This document shows positions 9,302 to 18,760 of a stretch of 35,610 nt of DNA, in pieces (positions within the stretch are counted from its first letter, which is position 1; the number at the start of each line of letters is the position of its first letter). The notes below the pieces were generated by a model. That model saw nothing but the letters and a program-made list of their open reading frames with translations, made no database searches and had not been told where the DNA came from. Where the stretch lies: positions 1-35,610 of the forward strand of contig JAZDMS010000019.1 in NCBI GenBank assembly GCA_043800705.1, in the 5' to 3' direction. Made by a program: the position numbers and the translations under genes. Source of the DNA: Candidatus Altiarchaeota archaeon. Lineage in GTDB: Archaea > Altiarchaeota > Altiarchaeia > IMC4 > SCGC-AAA252-I15.

Positions 9302-10369
9302 TCATTTCGCGATGACTATCTTCTGTGTCGGGTATGCGAATGCTATGCCGGCCTTTTCGAATCGTTCCTTTATTTGCAGGTTTACTCTGCTGCCTGTGTC
9401 GTAGTGTTTGAGGTAGTCTTCGACCCAGTATTTCACGTATATTTCGAGGCTTGAGTCGTCGAACTTGTTGAAGACTGCGGTAGGTTGGCGGCTGTGGTCT
9501 ACGCCGTCGGTTTCGGCCAGTATTTTTTTGACTGTCTCCAACGCCTCCTTCACCTTCTCGCCGGGGGTCTCATAGGTTAGGTTAAGTTTGACGTTCTTTA
9601 CTATGCTTCTGTCGGGTCGTGAGATGTTTTCCAGCCTGCTTGTGACGATTTTCGAGTTGGGGATGTACAGTTCTGTGTTGTCTAGTGTCAGGATCCGTGT
9701 GCTTCTGAGGCCGACTTCTAGGACGTCTCCGGTCACTCCCTCTATTATGATGCGGTCCTTGACCATGAAGGGTTTGTCAAGGAGTATGGCGAATGCGCCG
9801 AACATGTTTTCTACGGTGTCTTTGGAGGCGAGGGCGATGGCGAGTCCGCCGATTCCGAGTCCTGCGATTAGTGCGGTTATGTCTATGCCGAATCTGCTGA
9901 GGATTATCAGGAGGCCGAGTATGGCTATCATTGCCTTGAAGCCTTTGCTGATGATCGGTATCAGCTGGTCGTCGAGGGTGCTGTTGGTTTTTGAGGTGAG
10001 CGGCATTAGTATCTCTTTGATTACTATGTCGATGGTGCGGATGGCGAGCCATACGGCGTCGAGGATGAATATGGCTGTCAGGATGTTGGAGAGTATATCC
10101 ATCGTTTCCGGGGGGACTGTGAGGGTTTGGAGTGCGATATATATGCCTCCCGCGACTATGGCGACTAGGAGGGGCTCTTCTATGGCGTCGATGAGCATGT
10201 CGTCCAGCCTGGTGTTCGTCTTCTCGGTGAGTTTCTTCAGGTATCTGTTGATGATCAGGTACGCCAGTTTTCCGACTATTACGGATAGCAGGATTATCGT
10301 CAGTGCTTTTATATACTCCAGGAGGGTGTTTCCGAAGTATGTCGCCAGGAGCGCGTCTTCGAGTATCAT
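9302..10369 (-). CDS. mscS: Small-conductance mechanosensitive channel
   Basis: Multiple TMs; AGLGIGGLAIALASKD, DKPF.VKDRI, G.V.EVGLRSTRI, IPNS, GIAFAYP. Confidence 0.95.
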   Translation of the reverse strand: MILEDALLATYFGNTLLEYIKALTIILLSVIVGKLAYLIINRYLKKLTEKTNTRLDDMLIDAIEEPLLVAIVAGGIYIALQTLTVPPETMDILSNILTAIFILDAVWLAIRTIDIVIKEILMPLTSKTNSTLDDQLIPIISKGFKAMIAILGLLIILSRFGIDITALIAGLGIGGLAIALASKDTVENMFGAFAILLDKPFMVKDRIIIEGVTGDVLEVGLRSTRILTLDNTELYIPNSKIVTSRLENISRPDRSIVKNVKLNLTYETPGEKVKEALETVKKILAETDGVDHSRQPTAVFNKFDDSSLEIYVKYWVEDYLKHYDTGSRVNLQIKERFEKAGIAFAYPTQKIVIAK

Positions 10370-10412
10370 CGTTTGTCAAAGCTTATGAGCGGGGGGATAT
10401 AAAAATCTTTTT

Positions 10413-11369
10413 TTATCCCTTGTGGGCCTGGCAGAGGTTAAAGAACAGGTTGTCCTGGATCTTGTCGCAGACTGTCTTGTCCTTCGATGAGACGCTCACC
10501 TGGAGGTAGCATGCGTCCCTGCGCTTTCCCGGCTCCATCTTGGCGCATAGTCCGGGCTCCGATGTGACGGCTGCGACGTCCCTAAAGCAGGCTTCGCGCC
10601 AGTATCGGTTGGATACGAGTTCGCAGGTGGCCGGGCTTTTTGCCTGTGTGCCTGCTTTGGTGATGCACCAGTCCCTTTCGACCGGGTTCTGGATGGCTTT
10701 GCATTCGGTGATGTCTGCAGGGGGTGCGCTCACCGTGGTCGACGTCGTGGAGGAAGTCATCGTCTCGCCCTGTTGGATTGTTGTGGTTGTCGTTTCTTGG
10801 CTTTGTTGCGTGCTCGAGGTCGTGGTCGTCCAGAGGGCGAAGGTCGTCGTCGGTGGCGGGTTCATCTGGTTGTTTATGTCCTGCACGCATCTGTCCCTCC
10901 AGAAGGTGTCGTTTATCTTCTCGCATCCGAGGAGGTCCCTTGAGTAGGTGGAGTAGCACCATAGGGCTTCGTTGTATTGGCCTATGCCGTGGCAGGGGTT
11001 CATTGCGGGGTTCTGGCTGCCGGTGTCTCGGAGGCATCCGCTTTTGTAGTTTATGTCCGAGATGTCGCGGCAGTATTCCAGTTTGCCTGTTTTGACTGCG
11101 ACGTTGTATGCGCATTGGTCCCGCCAGTGCTTGTCTGTGACGTTGCCGCAGAGGGCGAGGTCCCCGCTCAAGGCTGCGATGCATCCGTTTCTTAGGTCGG
11201 CTTTCGCGATCTGCAGGCAGACGTCGAGGGTGTTGTTTGATAGCGCGATATTCGTCAGGCAGTAGTCGCGCTGGTCCGGGTCCGTGTATGTGAGGCATCC
11301 TGCCGTCTGTGGGGTCTGGGTCAGGCAGCCCGAGAGGATGGCGATCGCCAGGATGATCAATATGCGCAT
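10413..11369 (-). CDS. Cys-rich repeat lipoprotein with Thr-rich linker
   Basis: Lipobox LSGC; repeated C..I....RD.C units on both sides of a T/S/Q-rich stretch. Confidence 0.8.
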   Translation of the reverse strand: MRILIILAIAILSGCLTQTPQTAGCLTYTDPDQRDYCLTNIALSNNTLDVCLQIAKADLRNGCIAALSGDLALCGNVTDKHWRDQCAYNVAVKTGKLEYCRDISDINYKSGCLRDTGSQNPAMNPCHGIGQYNEALWCYSTYSRDLLGCEKINDTFWRDRCVQDINNQMNPPPTTTFALWTTTTSSTQQSQETTTTTIQQGETMTSSTTSTTVSAPPADITECKAIQNPVERDWCITKAGTQAKSPATCELVSNRYWREACFRDVAAVTSEPGLCAKMEPGKRRDACYLQVSVSSKDKTVCDKIQDNLFFNLCQAHKG

Positions 11370-11549
11370 GATAAAATAGGGGGATTGGAGGATAAAACAT
11401 TTCTTAAGGCGTTCGCATTGTTATACCTGGTTTGGATAGGGGGCAAGCGATCGTCTATGTCGGCGAGTGGACCGGCCTTTGGGAGGATTTGGACAGGGAG
11501 ATGTGCAGGGGCTCCTTGTGGCCGTTGCGGAGGGGGCGAGGCATAAGGT

Positions 11550-12335
11550 TTAGGCCGAGCCTTCGGCTATCACGTCGTGGCGGTGTATGGATTCGTGGGA
11601 GGTGGCCTTCGAGCGTATCTTCGCGGCTTTGAACTTCTTTTTCGCGTTTTCGAGTATCTCCCTCGCGACGTCTTCGACGAATTTCGGGTTCTCGAACATC
11701 TTGTTGACGACGTATTTCTCGTCTTCGGTCTTCAGGAGGGTGTAGACCTCTGAGGAGAATGAGCATTCGACGCAGCCGACCATGTCTTCGAGTTCGACCC
11801 TGTTGGCGTACCCGGTCACTATCTCTAGTTCGCCGACTGCCCGCTGTATGTGGGGTTTTCCTGCGGTGACCATCGAGTGGGGGCAGACGGTGTTGCCCAG
11901 GACGGTCACCTTCAGCTTCTTGGAGTATCTGCTTCCGTCCTTTATGACGGTGGCCTCTATCCGGTGGGATTCCTGGGTCTTTTTGCCGCTCACGGGGGTC
12001 TTCTTCTGGAGCATCATGTCTGTCTCCATCCGTATCTCTCCGCGGCGGAAGGGGTGCCTTTTTTTTAGGCCGTCGAGTATGCGTTTTTCTATCTCTTCGA
12101 TGGATCCCGCCGGCTTCTGCGTCTCCTCTTCGACGGCTTCTGCGATGGCTTCGATGAGGCGGCTCATGTGGACTCCTTTTCTGTCCTTGTCCAGGTCTAT
12201 CGCGATCTCGATAGTGGGTGTGAAGTGGTAGTTTTTCCCCTTCCAGATGGTCTGTATCATCGTCCGGAGGTTGGTTATCCCGACCCGCTCGAGGCTCTGC
12301 CTCACCTTCGGGCTCCGATCCTGGGTATCCTTCAT
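11550..12335 (-). CDS. mptA: GTP cyclohydrolase MptA/FolE2 (GCYH-IB) family
   Basis: DTQD, RVGI, KGVHMSRL, TVCP, H.QR, LLK.EDE, ENPKFVED, HESIH.HD. Own ATG at 12335 overlaps the restored queE stop (ATGA). Confidence 0.9.
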   Translation of the reverse strand: MKDTQDRSPKVRQSLERVGITNLRTMIQTIWKGKNYHFTPTIEIAIDLDKDRKGVHMSRLIEAIAEAVEEETQKPAGSIEEIEKRILDGLKKRHPFRRGEIRMETDMMLQKKTPVSGKKTQESHRIEATVIKDGSRYSKKLKVTVLGNTVCPHSMVTAGKPHIQRAVGELEIVTGYANRVELEDMVGCVECSFSSEVYTLLKTEDEKYVVNKMFENPKFVEDVAREILENAKKKFKAAKIRSKATSHESIHRHDVIAEGSA

Positions 12336-12938
12336 TTTAACCCCAATATCTTGTGCAGCTGGGGGCAGGACCCTTGCGTCCAGTTTAAGCTTCAGCACGT
12401 CCTGCGCCAGCTTCCTCATCTCCTTGCCGTCGACAGGCTGTATTATGAGCTCCGCCTTCGACTTTTTCACTATCCGTTTGGCGTATGCGAGGTCCCGGTC
12501 GTCCGCGACGACGACCTTGACCTGGTCCTTTTCCGAGAGTTTCGACAGTATCCGCTCGTCGCTTTTTTCCCCGGAGCTCGGCGGCTTCATGTCCGCCGAG
12601 ACGCATCCTGCGGCCTGGAAGGCCTCCTTGTCGTAGATGGTCCCGTTCGTTTCCAGGACGGTCTCGCAGCCGGCTGACCGAAGATGCTTCAGAAGCTGCC
12701 TCAGCTCCCTGAGCTGGAGCATCGGTTCCCCGCCGGTGACGCAGACGCTTTTTAGCCCGAGCTTTCGGACGGCTTTGACTATCTCCGCGACAGTCAGCTG
12801 TTTGCCGCCTGTGCGGGCGTATTTGGTGTCGCACCAGGTGCAGTCGAGGTTGCAGCCTGTGAGGCGTATGAACGCCGTCGGCTTGCCGATGTGCCTGCCT
12901 TCGCCCTGTATGCTCGCGAATATCTCAGCGACTTTCAT
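12332..12938 (-). CDS. queE: 7-carboxy-7-deazaguanine synthase (radical SAM), apparent +1 indel at 12361-12365
   Basis: EIFASIQGEG, FIRLTGCNLDCTWCDT (CX3CX2C), TGGEP, ETNG. Removing one C restores the canonical RVLPQLHKILGLK-stop. Confidence 0.93.
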
Positions 12939-13614
12939 GTTCCAGCGGGTCTTTGAGCCCGGCCTCCCTGAATCCGTTCGTCCTCAGGACGCAGCTTTCG
13001 CACCTGCCGCATGGGTTGTGGCCGCCTTCGTAGCAGCTCCAGGTAAGCTCGAATGGGACAGCCAGCTGCCTGCCTTTCTGGATGATGGCCTTTTTGTCCA
13101 GCGTGATTATCGGGTAGCGTATCTCGACCGGGTGTCCTTCCACCCCGCATCTGGTTCCGAGTTCGGCGACGCGCTGGAAGGCTTTGAAGTATTCGGGCCT
13201 GCAGTCGGGATATCCGCTGTAGTCTATGTGATTTGCGCCGATGAATATAGCCTCTGCGCCGATGACCTCGGCATATGACATGGCGAATGACAGCAGGATG
13301 GTGTTGCGGGCCGGTACGTATGTTACGGGTATCTCCTTGGACGCCTTGATCTGCGCCGCGGTCTTCCCTTTCGGGACCGGTATGTCGTCCGTGAGTGCGG
13401 AGCCGCCAATCTGTTCCATGCCTATCTTGAGTATCTTGTGTTCCTTTAGCCTGTAATGGGCTGCCACCTTCTTCGCGGACCTTATCTCCCTCCTGTGCCG
13501 CTGGCCATAGTCGAACGTGAGGCCGTAGGGTTCGTATCCCTGCTCCCGGGCGATGGCCAGCGTGACTGTCGAGTCTAGGCCGCCGGATATGAGGCATACT
13601 GCTTTGCGGGCCAT
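12925..13614 (-). CDS. queC: 7-cyano-7-deazaguanine (preQ0) synthase
   Basis: SGGLDS, FDYGQRH, TYVPARN, YPDCRPE, TWSCY...CGRCESC. Confidence 0.97.
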   Translation of the reverse strand: MARKAVCLISGGLDSTVTLAIAREQGYEPYGLTFDYGQRHRREIRSAKKVAAHYRLKEHKILKIGMEQIGGSALTDDIPVPKGKTAAQIKASKEIPVTYVPARNTILLSFAMSYAEVIGAEAIFIGANHIDYSGYPDCRPEYFKAFQRVAELGTRCGVEGHPVEIRYPIITLDKKAIIQKGRQLAVPFELTWSCYEGGHNPCGRCESCVLRTNGFREAGLKDPLEHESR

Positions 13615-13615
13615 C

Positions 13616-13954
13616 TCATCTCACCTTCTGCGCCCATTTTCCTTCCCCTTCCCAGAGCTTGACCGAATGCAGGGGGAGCTTCTTCGCGAGCGCCTTCCAT
13701 ATCCATTCGACTATGTGTTCGGCGGTGGGGTTGTCGACGATCTCGTTCAGGTTCCTGTGGTCGAGGACGTCGACGACTTCCCGGTTGACTATGTCCTTCA
13801 GGATCGTGAAGTCGAGGACCATCCCGTCCTTCTTAACCTTGTCTTCGATGACTATCTCCAGTTTATAGGTGTGGCCGTGTGGGTTCTCGCATTTGCCGCA
13901 GTAGTCGGGGAGGTAGTGCGCGCTGTCGAAGTAGAATATATTGCATAGCCTCAT
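13616..13954 (-). CDS. queD: 6-carboxytetrahydropterin synthase, COG0720 family (PTPS-I/III-type motif)
   Basis: FDSAH.L, CENPHGH, GMVLDF, LDH..LN, NPTAE, WE; start at ATG 13954. Confidence 0.93.
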   Translation of the reverse strand: MRLCNIFYFDSAHYLPDYCGKCENPHGHTYKLEIVIEDKVKKDGMVLDFTILKDIVNREVVDVLDHRNLNEIVDNPTAEHIVEWIWKALAKKLPLHSVKLWEGEGKWAQKVR

Positions 13955-14130
13955 TTTTCTCCCTCCTTGAGCCTGCCGTGCCTGCGGTCTATGTCGTCCA
14001 TCGAGTCCAGCATCCGCCTGCATGCGGTCCTCACCGCATCGGACAGATTCACGAATTTCTTGTCGTCTCCGATATGCTCCTGCAGGTCGTCCAGTATCTG
14101 CTTCGGGACCTCGACACTCACCCGCGGCAT
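13951..14130 (-). CDS. Ribbon-helix-helix (CopG/Arc/MetJ) transcriptional regulator, 59 aa
   Basis: Absent from the ORF track. MPRVSVEVPKQILDDLQEHIGDDKKFVNLSDAVRTACRRMLD...; alternating beta-ribbon then SDAVR helix; GGGGT RBS-like site; ATGA overlap with queD. Confidence 0.85.
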   Translation of the reverse strand: MPRVSVEVPKQILDDLQEHIGDDKKFVNLSDAVRTACRRMLDSMDDIDRRHGRLKEGEK

Positions 14131-14143
14131 GGTATTACCCCAA

Positions 14144-14181
14144 TCATATAGGAATCATACTTAGGTATGACGGCTATATAA
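14144..14181 (-). promoter_or_regulatory. TATA box plus candidate RHH operator
   Basis: Minus-strand TTATATA (14175-14181), then inverted repeat TCATAC-N4-GTATGA (14155-14170) and a third half-site TCATAT (14144-14149), just before the RHH start. Confidence 0.6.
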
Positions 14182-14184
14182 GCT

Positions 14185-14664
14185 TCATTCGCACAATTCT
14201 ACCTTTTCAGCCCCCTTTAAGGCTTCTATAAGCTGTTTTACAGTCTTTTTTTGCACCGGATGGACTAGGTTCGGGGCCAGTTCCATCAGCGGCTGCAGGA
14301 CGAACCCCCGCTCATGGAGCTTGGGGTGAGGGATGGTGAATCCTCCGACGTTGAGGACGGAGTCGCCCCAGAAGAGGACGTCGATGTCGATGGTCCTCGG
14401 GCCGTTGACGACGGTCTTCTCCCTCTTGAGCCTCTTCTCTATCGCCTGCAGCGCGGCGAACAAGAGGAGCGGCTCGCAGCAGCTTTCGGCCTCTACGACG
14501 CAGTTGAGGAACCAGTCCTGCTCCTTGTAACCGACGGGCTCGGTCTTGTAAAGGCGCGAGACCCTGAGGACCTTGCACTTTTGCCCGATCAGCTCTATCG
14601 CCTTTCGTATGTTCGCCTCCTTGTCCCCCAAATTCGAACCCAAACCGAGATAGATGAACGACAT
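14185..14664 (-). CDS. folK: 2-amino-4-hydroxy-6-hydroxymethyldihydropteridine diphosphokinase (bacterial-type HPPK)
   Basis: YLGLGSNLGD, Y.TEPVG, Q.WFLN, GPRTIDIDVL, IPHP.LHER.FVL.PL.EL. Confidence 0.96.
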   Translation of the reverse strand: MSFIYLGLGSNLGDKEANIRKAIELIGQKCKVLRVSRLYKTEPVGYKEQDWFLNCVVEAESCCEPLLLFAALQAIEKRLKREKTVVNGPRTIDIDVLFWGDSVLNVGGFTIPHPKLHERGFVLQPLMELAPNLVHPVQKKTVKQLIEALKGAEKVELCE

Positions 14665-14666
14665 TT

Positions 14667-15869
14667 TTATACGCTTGACAGTCCTTTTCTTTTCTTCTGT
14701 CTCTTCTTTAATCCCCCGAAAATAAAAAGAGAAGCTACAATGAACGTCACAGCTGCAGCGATCGCTCCGCCTAATGCTGCGACTTTGGGGAATTCTGCAA
14801 CCGATTCCGCAATCTCAACGGCGGTTTTGAGTTCCGGCGATATTATCCCGGATTCTGGCACAGGAGCCTCTGATCTCTTCTCGGTCTCGTGAGGAGATGA
14901 AATGGGCGTCTCTGGTGCTTTTTCGGATTCTGAAAATGCCAAATTAGTAGTCACTGTCGTGACATCGCAGCTTCCGCAGTCTTTCGGGCATTTTTTGCAA
15001 TCCTCGCCCAAACTGCAAACGCTGTCACCACAGTATCTCCTCCCCCCGCCGCCCAGGCCCTCACTGACAGGCGGGGAGTATTCGGGATAAGATACCTCGA
15101 ACTCTGCCCGGTAATTGGCGCTTTCATGGCTCCCCTGCCCCAAATATTCTGACTGGAATAACGCCGAATAATTTGGAGACGAGTATCGGCCCCTGAAAAG
15201 TGTTGAAGTCGTCGTGCCGGTAGTCGTGGTTGTGGTCGACGTCGTAGTCGGCGGGAAAACATATGCGTAGAAGGACGTCTCACCACAATTCCTTCTTGAC
15301 TCGTATTCTATCGTATAAATTCCGCTTGTCGGGAGAGATGCTGTTATAATGCCGTTTTCATCGGATGAATAGGAAGAATCAAAAGCCGGAGAATGTCGGC
15401 CGATCTTCGCGGACCAATCCACGATTTGCAGATTGGTCTTGTTGTCTCTCAGTAGGATTGAGAAAGGGTGACTCAAAGAGGGCGGATACGGATCGAATAC
15501 GATTTTACCAGGGGAGGTCATCTCCAAGGGGACTTCATCTTCTGCAAATAATCCGCCAGGCCCGAATATTTTCACCTTGATCAGGTGAGTCCCACATCTG
15601 AGCCCGCTCCATTGCGAATGTGCGGGATCATGCAAATAGGCGGTTATGCTTTCGAATCCGCAGCCAAGTCCTCGTTCTCCGAAAAACTGATCATCAAGGT
15701 AGAATTCAGCTCTGCCCCCGCACGTATCGCCGTCCAATTCCACGACTATATCAGGCTGCTCATTGAAGTCTATCTTGTTTTTTGACAGGGTTATGCCTTC
15801 TATCGACGTGGACGTAGCCGCTGCTGTCAGCAGGTACAGGACCGCTGCGGCCGAGAGGTTGATTCTCAT
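14667..15869 (-). CDS. Secreted, C-terminally membrane-anchored surface protein
   Basis: Signal peptide from ATG 15869 (MRINLSAAAVL...), Thr-rich linker, CGDSVC..GEDC..CP.DCG module, C-terminal TM plus basic tail. Confidence 0.75.
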   Translation of the reverse strand: MRINLSAAAVLYLLTAAATSTSIEGITLSKNKIDFNEQPDIVVELDGDTCGGRAEFYLDDQFFGERGLGCGFESITAYLHDPAHSQWSGLRCGTHLIKVKIFGPGGLFAEDEVPLEMTSPGKIVFDPYPPSLSHPFSILLRDNKTNLQIVDWSAKIGRHSPAFDSSYSSDENGIITASLPTSGIYTIEYESRRNCGETSFYAYVFPPTTTSTTTTTTGTTTSTLFRGRYSSPNYSALFQSEYLGQGSHESANYRAEFEVSYPEYSPPVSEGLGGGGRRYCGDSVCSLGEDCKKCPKDCGSCDVTTVTTNLAFSESEKAPETPISSPHETEKRSEAPVPESGIISPELKTAVEIAESVAEFPKVAALGGAIAAAVTFIVASLFIFGGLKKRQKKRKGLSSV

Positions 15870-15870
15870 T

Positions 15871-18685
15871 TTATATGCAGCATCTCGACGGGGCGTCGTT
15901 TGATATTCCCCCCGTATGGCTGACATCGCATCCCGGATTGTAGACTATGAGCCTGTCGGCGAGAAGTTCTCGCCCGTTAAGGTCTTCAAGCCCGGACGAG
16001 GTCTTGCATGCGACGTAGAACTGCTCCGTCGTGCACATCTTCTTCCCCTTCAGCCTGCACTCCAGGATGTGGTTGTAGTACGTATTCGAAGCCTGCTGAC
16101 GTTTGTCTATGCAGAAATCACCCATGTCGGCCATATCTTCAGGGCATTGCGGGTCGAGGCGGTCTGCTGATTCGCACCTGAAAGAGTATGGAACAGAGGC
16201 AAGCTGCCTTCTGGGAATCATTTCCCCGTCGGATTCGACTTCGATCCCCAGCCAGGTGTCCCCCATAAATGGCGTGTCTATCGGCTTTTTGCTTCCAAGC
16301 CGGACATTGAAGCGACCGTCAATAACCGTCACCAAATTCCCGCCATCGTATATCTCGTTCCATGAAGGCTTCGCCGAATTTGCGCTGTCATAGAGCCTGA
16401 AAGTAATTTTGTATTCGCCGTTCAATGGATTGCCGAACCTGTCGAAAAGCCTGCCTCCGACCTCCATGATGTGCGGGATCGGCTGCGGCCTTGGTGGCCC
16501 TACGATCGTCGTCGATGTAGTGGTCGTTGTTGTCGTTGTGTCGGGGAAATCCAACTCGTGTAGTTCTTCCTTGCCGACGAATATCGTCGGAGAAATCCGC
16601 TCAGAAGGAGCGCATATCCTGACGGACTGTATTTCCCTGGCACCCCCGTAGTCTATATTCGCTGAAACTCCGCGTTCGGGGAGCATGACGAGCGTATCTT
16701 TCTCGCTGTCCCATCTATGGGAATAATCGCTGTCGCCGGTTCTTGGGACAGTCCATGGATCTGTTGAATCAAGAGGAATCCCCGAAGCCCAGACGCCTTC
16801 GCTGTAATATGTGTCGGAGCTGTCGTTGAAAGACTGGTCGAAGAAGTCGATTACCAGATATTCTCCTTCGCTATCCTGGACCTGTATCAGCCGGTCGTCG
16901 GCCTCATCGATTTTTCGCTCAGGCACTAGATTTGTCACATCCTCGTTGACCACGGAGAGTTTGAGGTTAGTCCCCTCCGAAAACCTTGAAAATTCTCCGA
17001 TCGTTTTTTGGTCTACCCCGATAGGCTCCCTTTGAAGAAGGCCGACCGCGTTGGTGTAGTCAAGCGGGACGTCCGACCTGCTGTTGTAGACCAGGAAAAT
17101 CTGCCCTCCGCTGAATAGGATGCTTCCGGTCGGTCCGTTGCCTATGTAGACGTCGCTGTCCTCCCGGACCGTATCAGGGTGGAATATTATTTCCTGAGTA
17201 TTGCCGGATGAGTCTTCAAATGGATATGTACGCATCCTCAGAATATCCTCGGACGCAATCGCCTGAAGAGAAAAGGTTTTTTCTCCGCCGTTTAGGAGGT
17301 CTTTGAGGGTCACGGAGAGCGATAACGGGTCGTCGGAAGGCTCGTGGGCTTCATCGTATTGGTACAACAGTCCTCCGGCGAGGAACATATCCCCTCTGGA
17401 GAAACCGTCGCGGCCTCCTTGGTCGATAAAGACGTCGTCGTATCTTTGCCCATTATCGGCTGTGAAGCCGATCTTCGCCCTATCCTTTCCTTCGCGCCTG
17501 ATGTAGATGTCGTTCTGGGGAGAACAAACCGCTGGCAGAAAGTTTCCTTTCCGAGCGCCTAGGAAAGATATCTTGTACGAAATCGGGAAATCAAGGGTTC
17601 CCCCTTCTACGAGTTCCTTTTGGTGGCGGTATTCAACCGTGATGTTAGCCAGAAGCTCTCCAGTCGCAGCCGAAGAGTATTCCGGAATCGAGGCTTTGAC
17701 GTCGACGACATTCACATGATTCATTGTGACCTTCCAGTACTGCTTTGTTTCAACCCCTATCACGACATCCTTTCCGTCCTCAAGGACGATCATCGAAGGC
17801 AGATAGTAGGCCATAAGGTCCACCCCTCCCCCGCCGGCATCGTGACTATCAACTACCATGAGTTGTACATCGCCGACTATAGCAGGTTCGGAGCCCATCG
17901 GTTGTACATATTCGATTGTATTGTCCGGGAGCTCGGCATCGACCGTTATGTTCAGAATCTGCCCGCTATCCGATCTTTCGATGCTGTTCAGGCGGAACCT
18001 GTAGCCGTCATAGCTCCTGCTGAACACCGAGGAAGTGACGTTTTCAATGATTTCCCCCCTTGTCAGGAATAGCATGTTGAATCCTTGGATGTTTCTCGCG
18101 TAATATTCCTCTCCCATGAAGAGGAATTTTCCCCGATACTCCGTGTCGATCACACCACCCGACGAATCCCGTATTTTTTCCAGGGGAATCAAGCCCACAT
18201 CAAGGACATATGCCACGGCCTTGCTGGCAATGGTCGAGCCTGAATATTCCGTATCAAAACTGCCAAGTCCGCCCTCATAATATCGGATCTTGTCGTAGTT
18301 GACTGAAATCGATTCCTTGAAATCGTGTGAGGAGGCAGCGTATCCTGAAGACTGGGCCGGCAGCAAATGGATGTTCTCATAGGATTTTTCAGATAGCACA
18401 TCTGACTCCGATCTTTCCACGGCTCCGTCAACGATATTGTAATTGTGGAAATCCCCATTCGTGTAAGCCTTAGTATGTCGCTCGGTGGAGTTGAAATAGA
18501 GACCCTTCAGGGGATCGTAGAAATCGAAGCTGCTACCGGGCTCCGTATACGTCCTCACTAATTCCCCGTTTTCCCCGGGGGGGTTGTCCGCCTGCTCGAA
18601 TGCGCCCAACGCGGAATATCCGACAGATCCTTCAGCATATACAGCAGACAACAGAATCAAACCTATTATTGCCAAAAAATTTCAT
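15871..18685 (-). CDS. Large secreted S-layer-like protein with C-terminal adhesin-type and C-type-lectin/FGE-like domains; apparent +1 indel at 18674-18679
   Basis: GGGTGG RBS-like site before ATG 18685 (MKFLAIIG.. after removing one T); acidic beta-rich body; Thr linker; GRLFD..GNP...FRLY...W.E...GRFNVRLG...WLGIEV..DGEM.PR..LASVPY; CP.DM....FCID...C...GKKMCT.EQ...AC...RCC. Confidence 0.7.
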
Positions 18686-18760
18686 CAAACCACCCGCTTA
18701 AACATTGTTTAATATACCGATTCTTCGCTTTATTAGCTTGGAAAACAGTCGTTAATAAGG

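Noticed and set aside
11550-12938. Novel QueE-MptA fusion protein (462-aa ORF)
   Set aside because: The conserved QueE end PQLHKILG is in the shifted frame after a G5 run, and its stop forms an ATGA overlap with the MptA start. A one-base indel explains it better than a real fusion.
1909-13954. 7-deazaguanine DNA-modification (dpd) defence system
   Set aside because: No DpdA/TGT-like, DpdB/C or nuclease gene; the MTase is over 8 kb from the que genes; archaeosine supply is the simpler explanation.
15871-16146. Diversity-generating retroelement target
   Set aside because: The C-terminal CLec/FGE-like domain fits a DGR target, but no reverse transcriptase or template repeat was seen in the window; a trans-acting DGR cannot be excluded.
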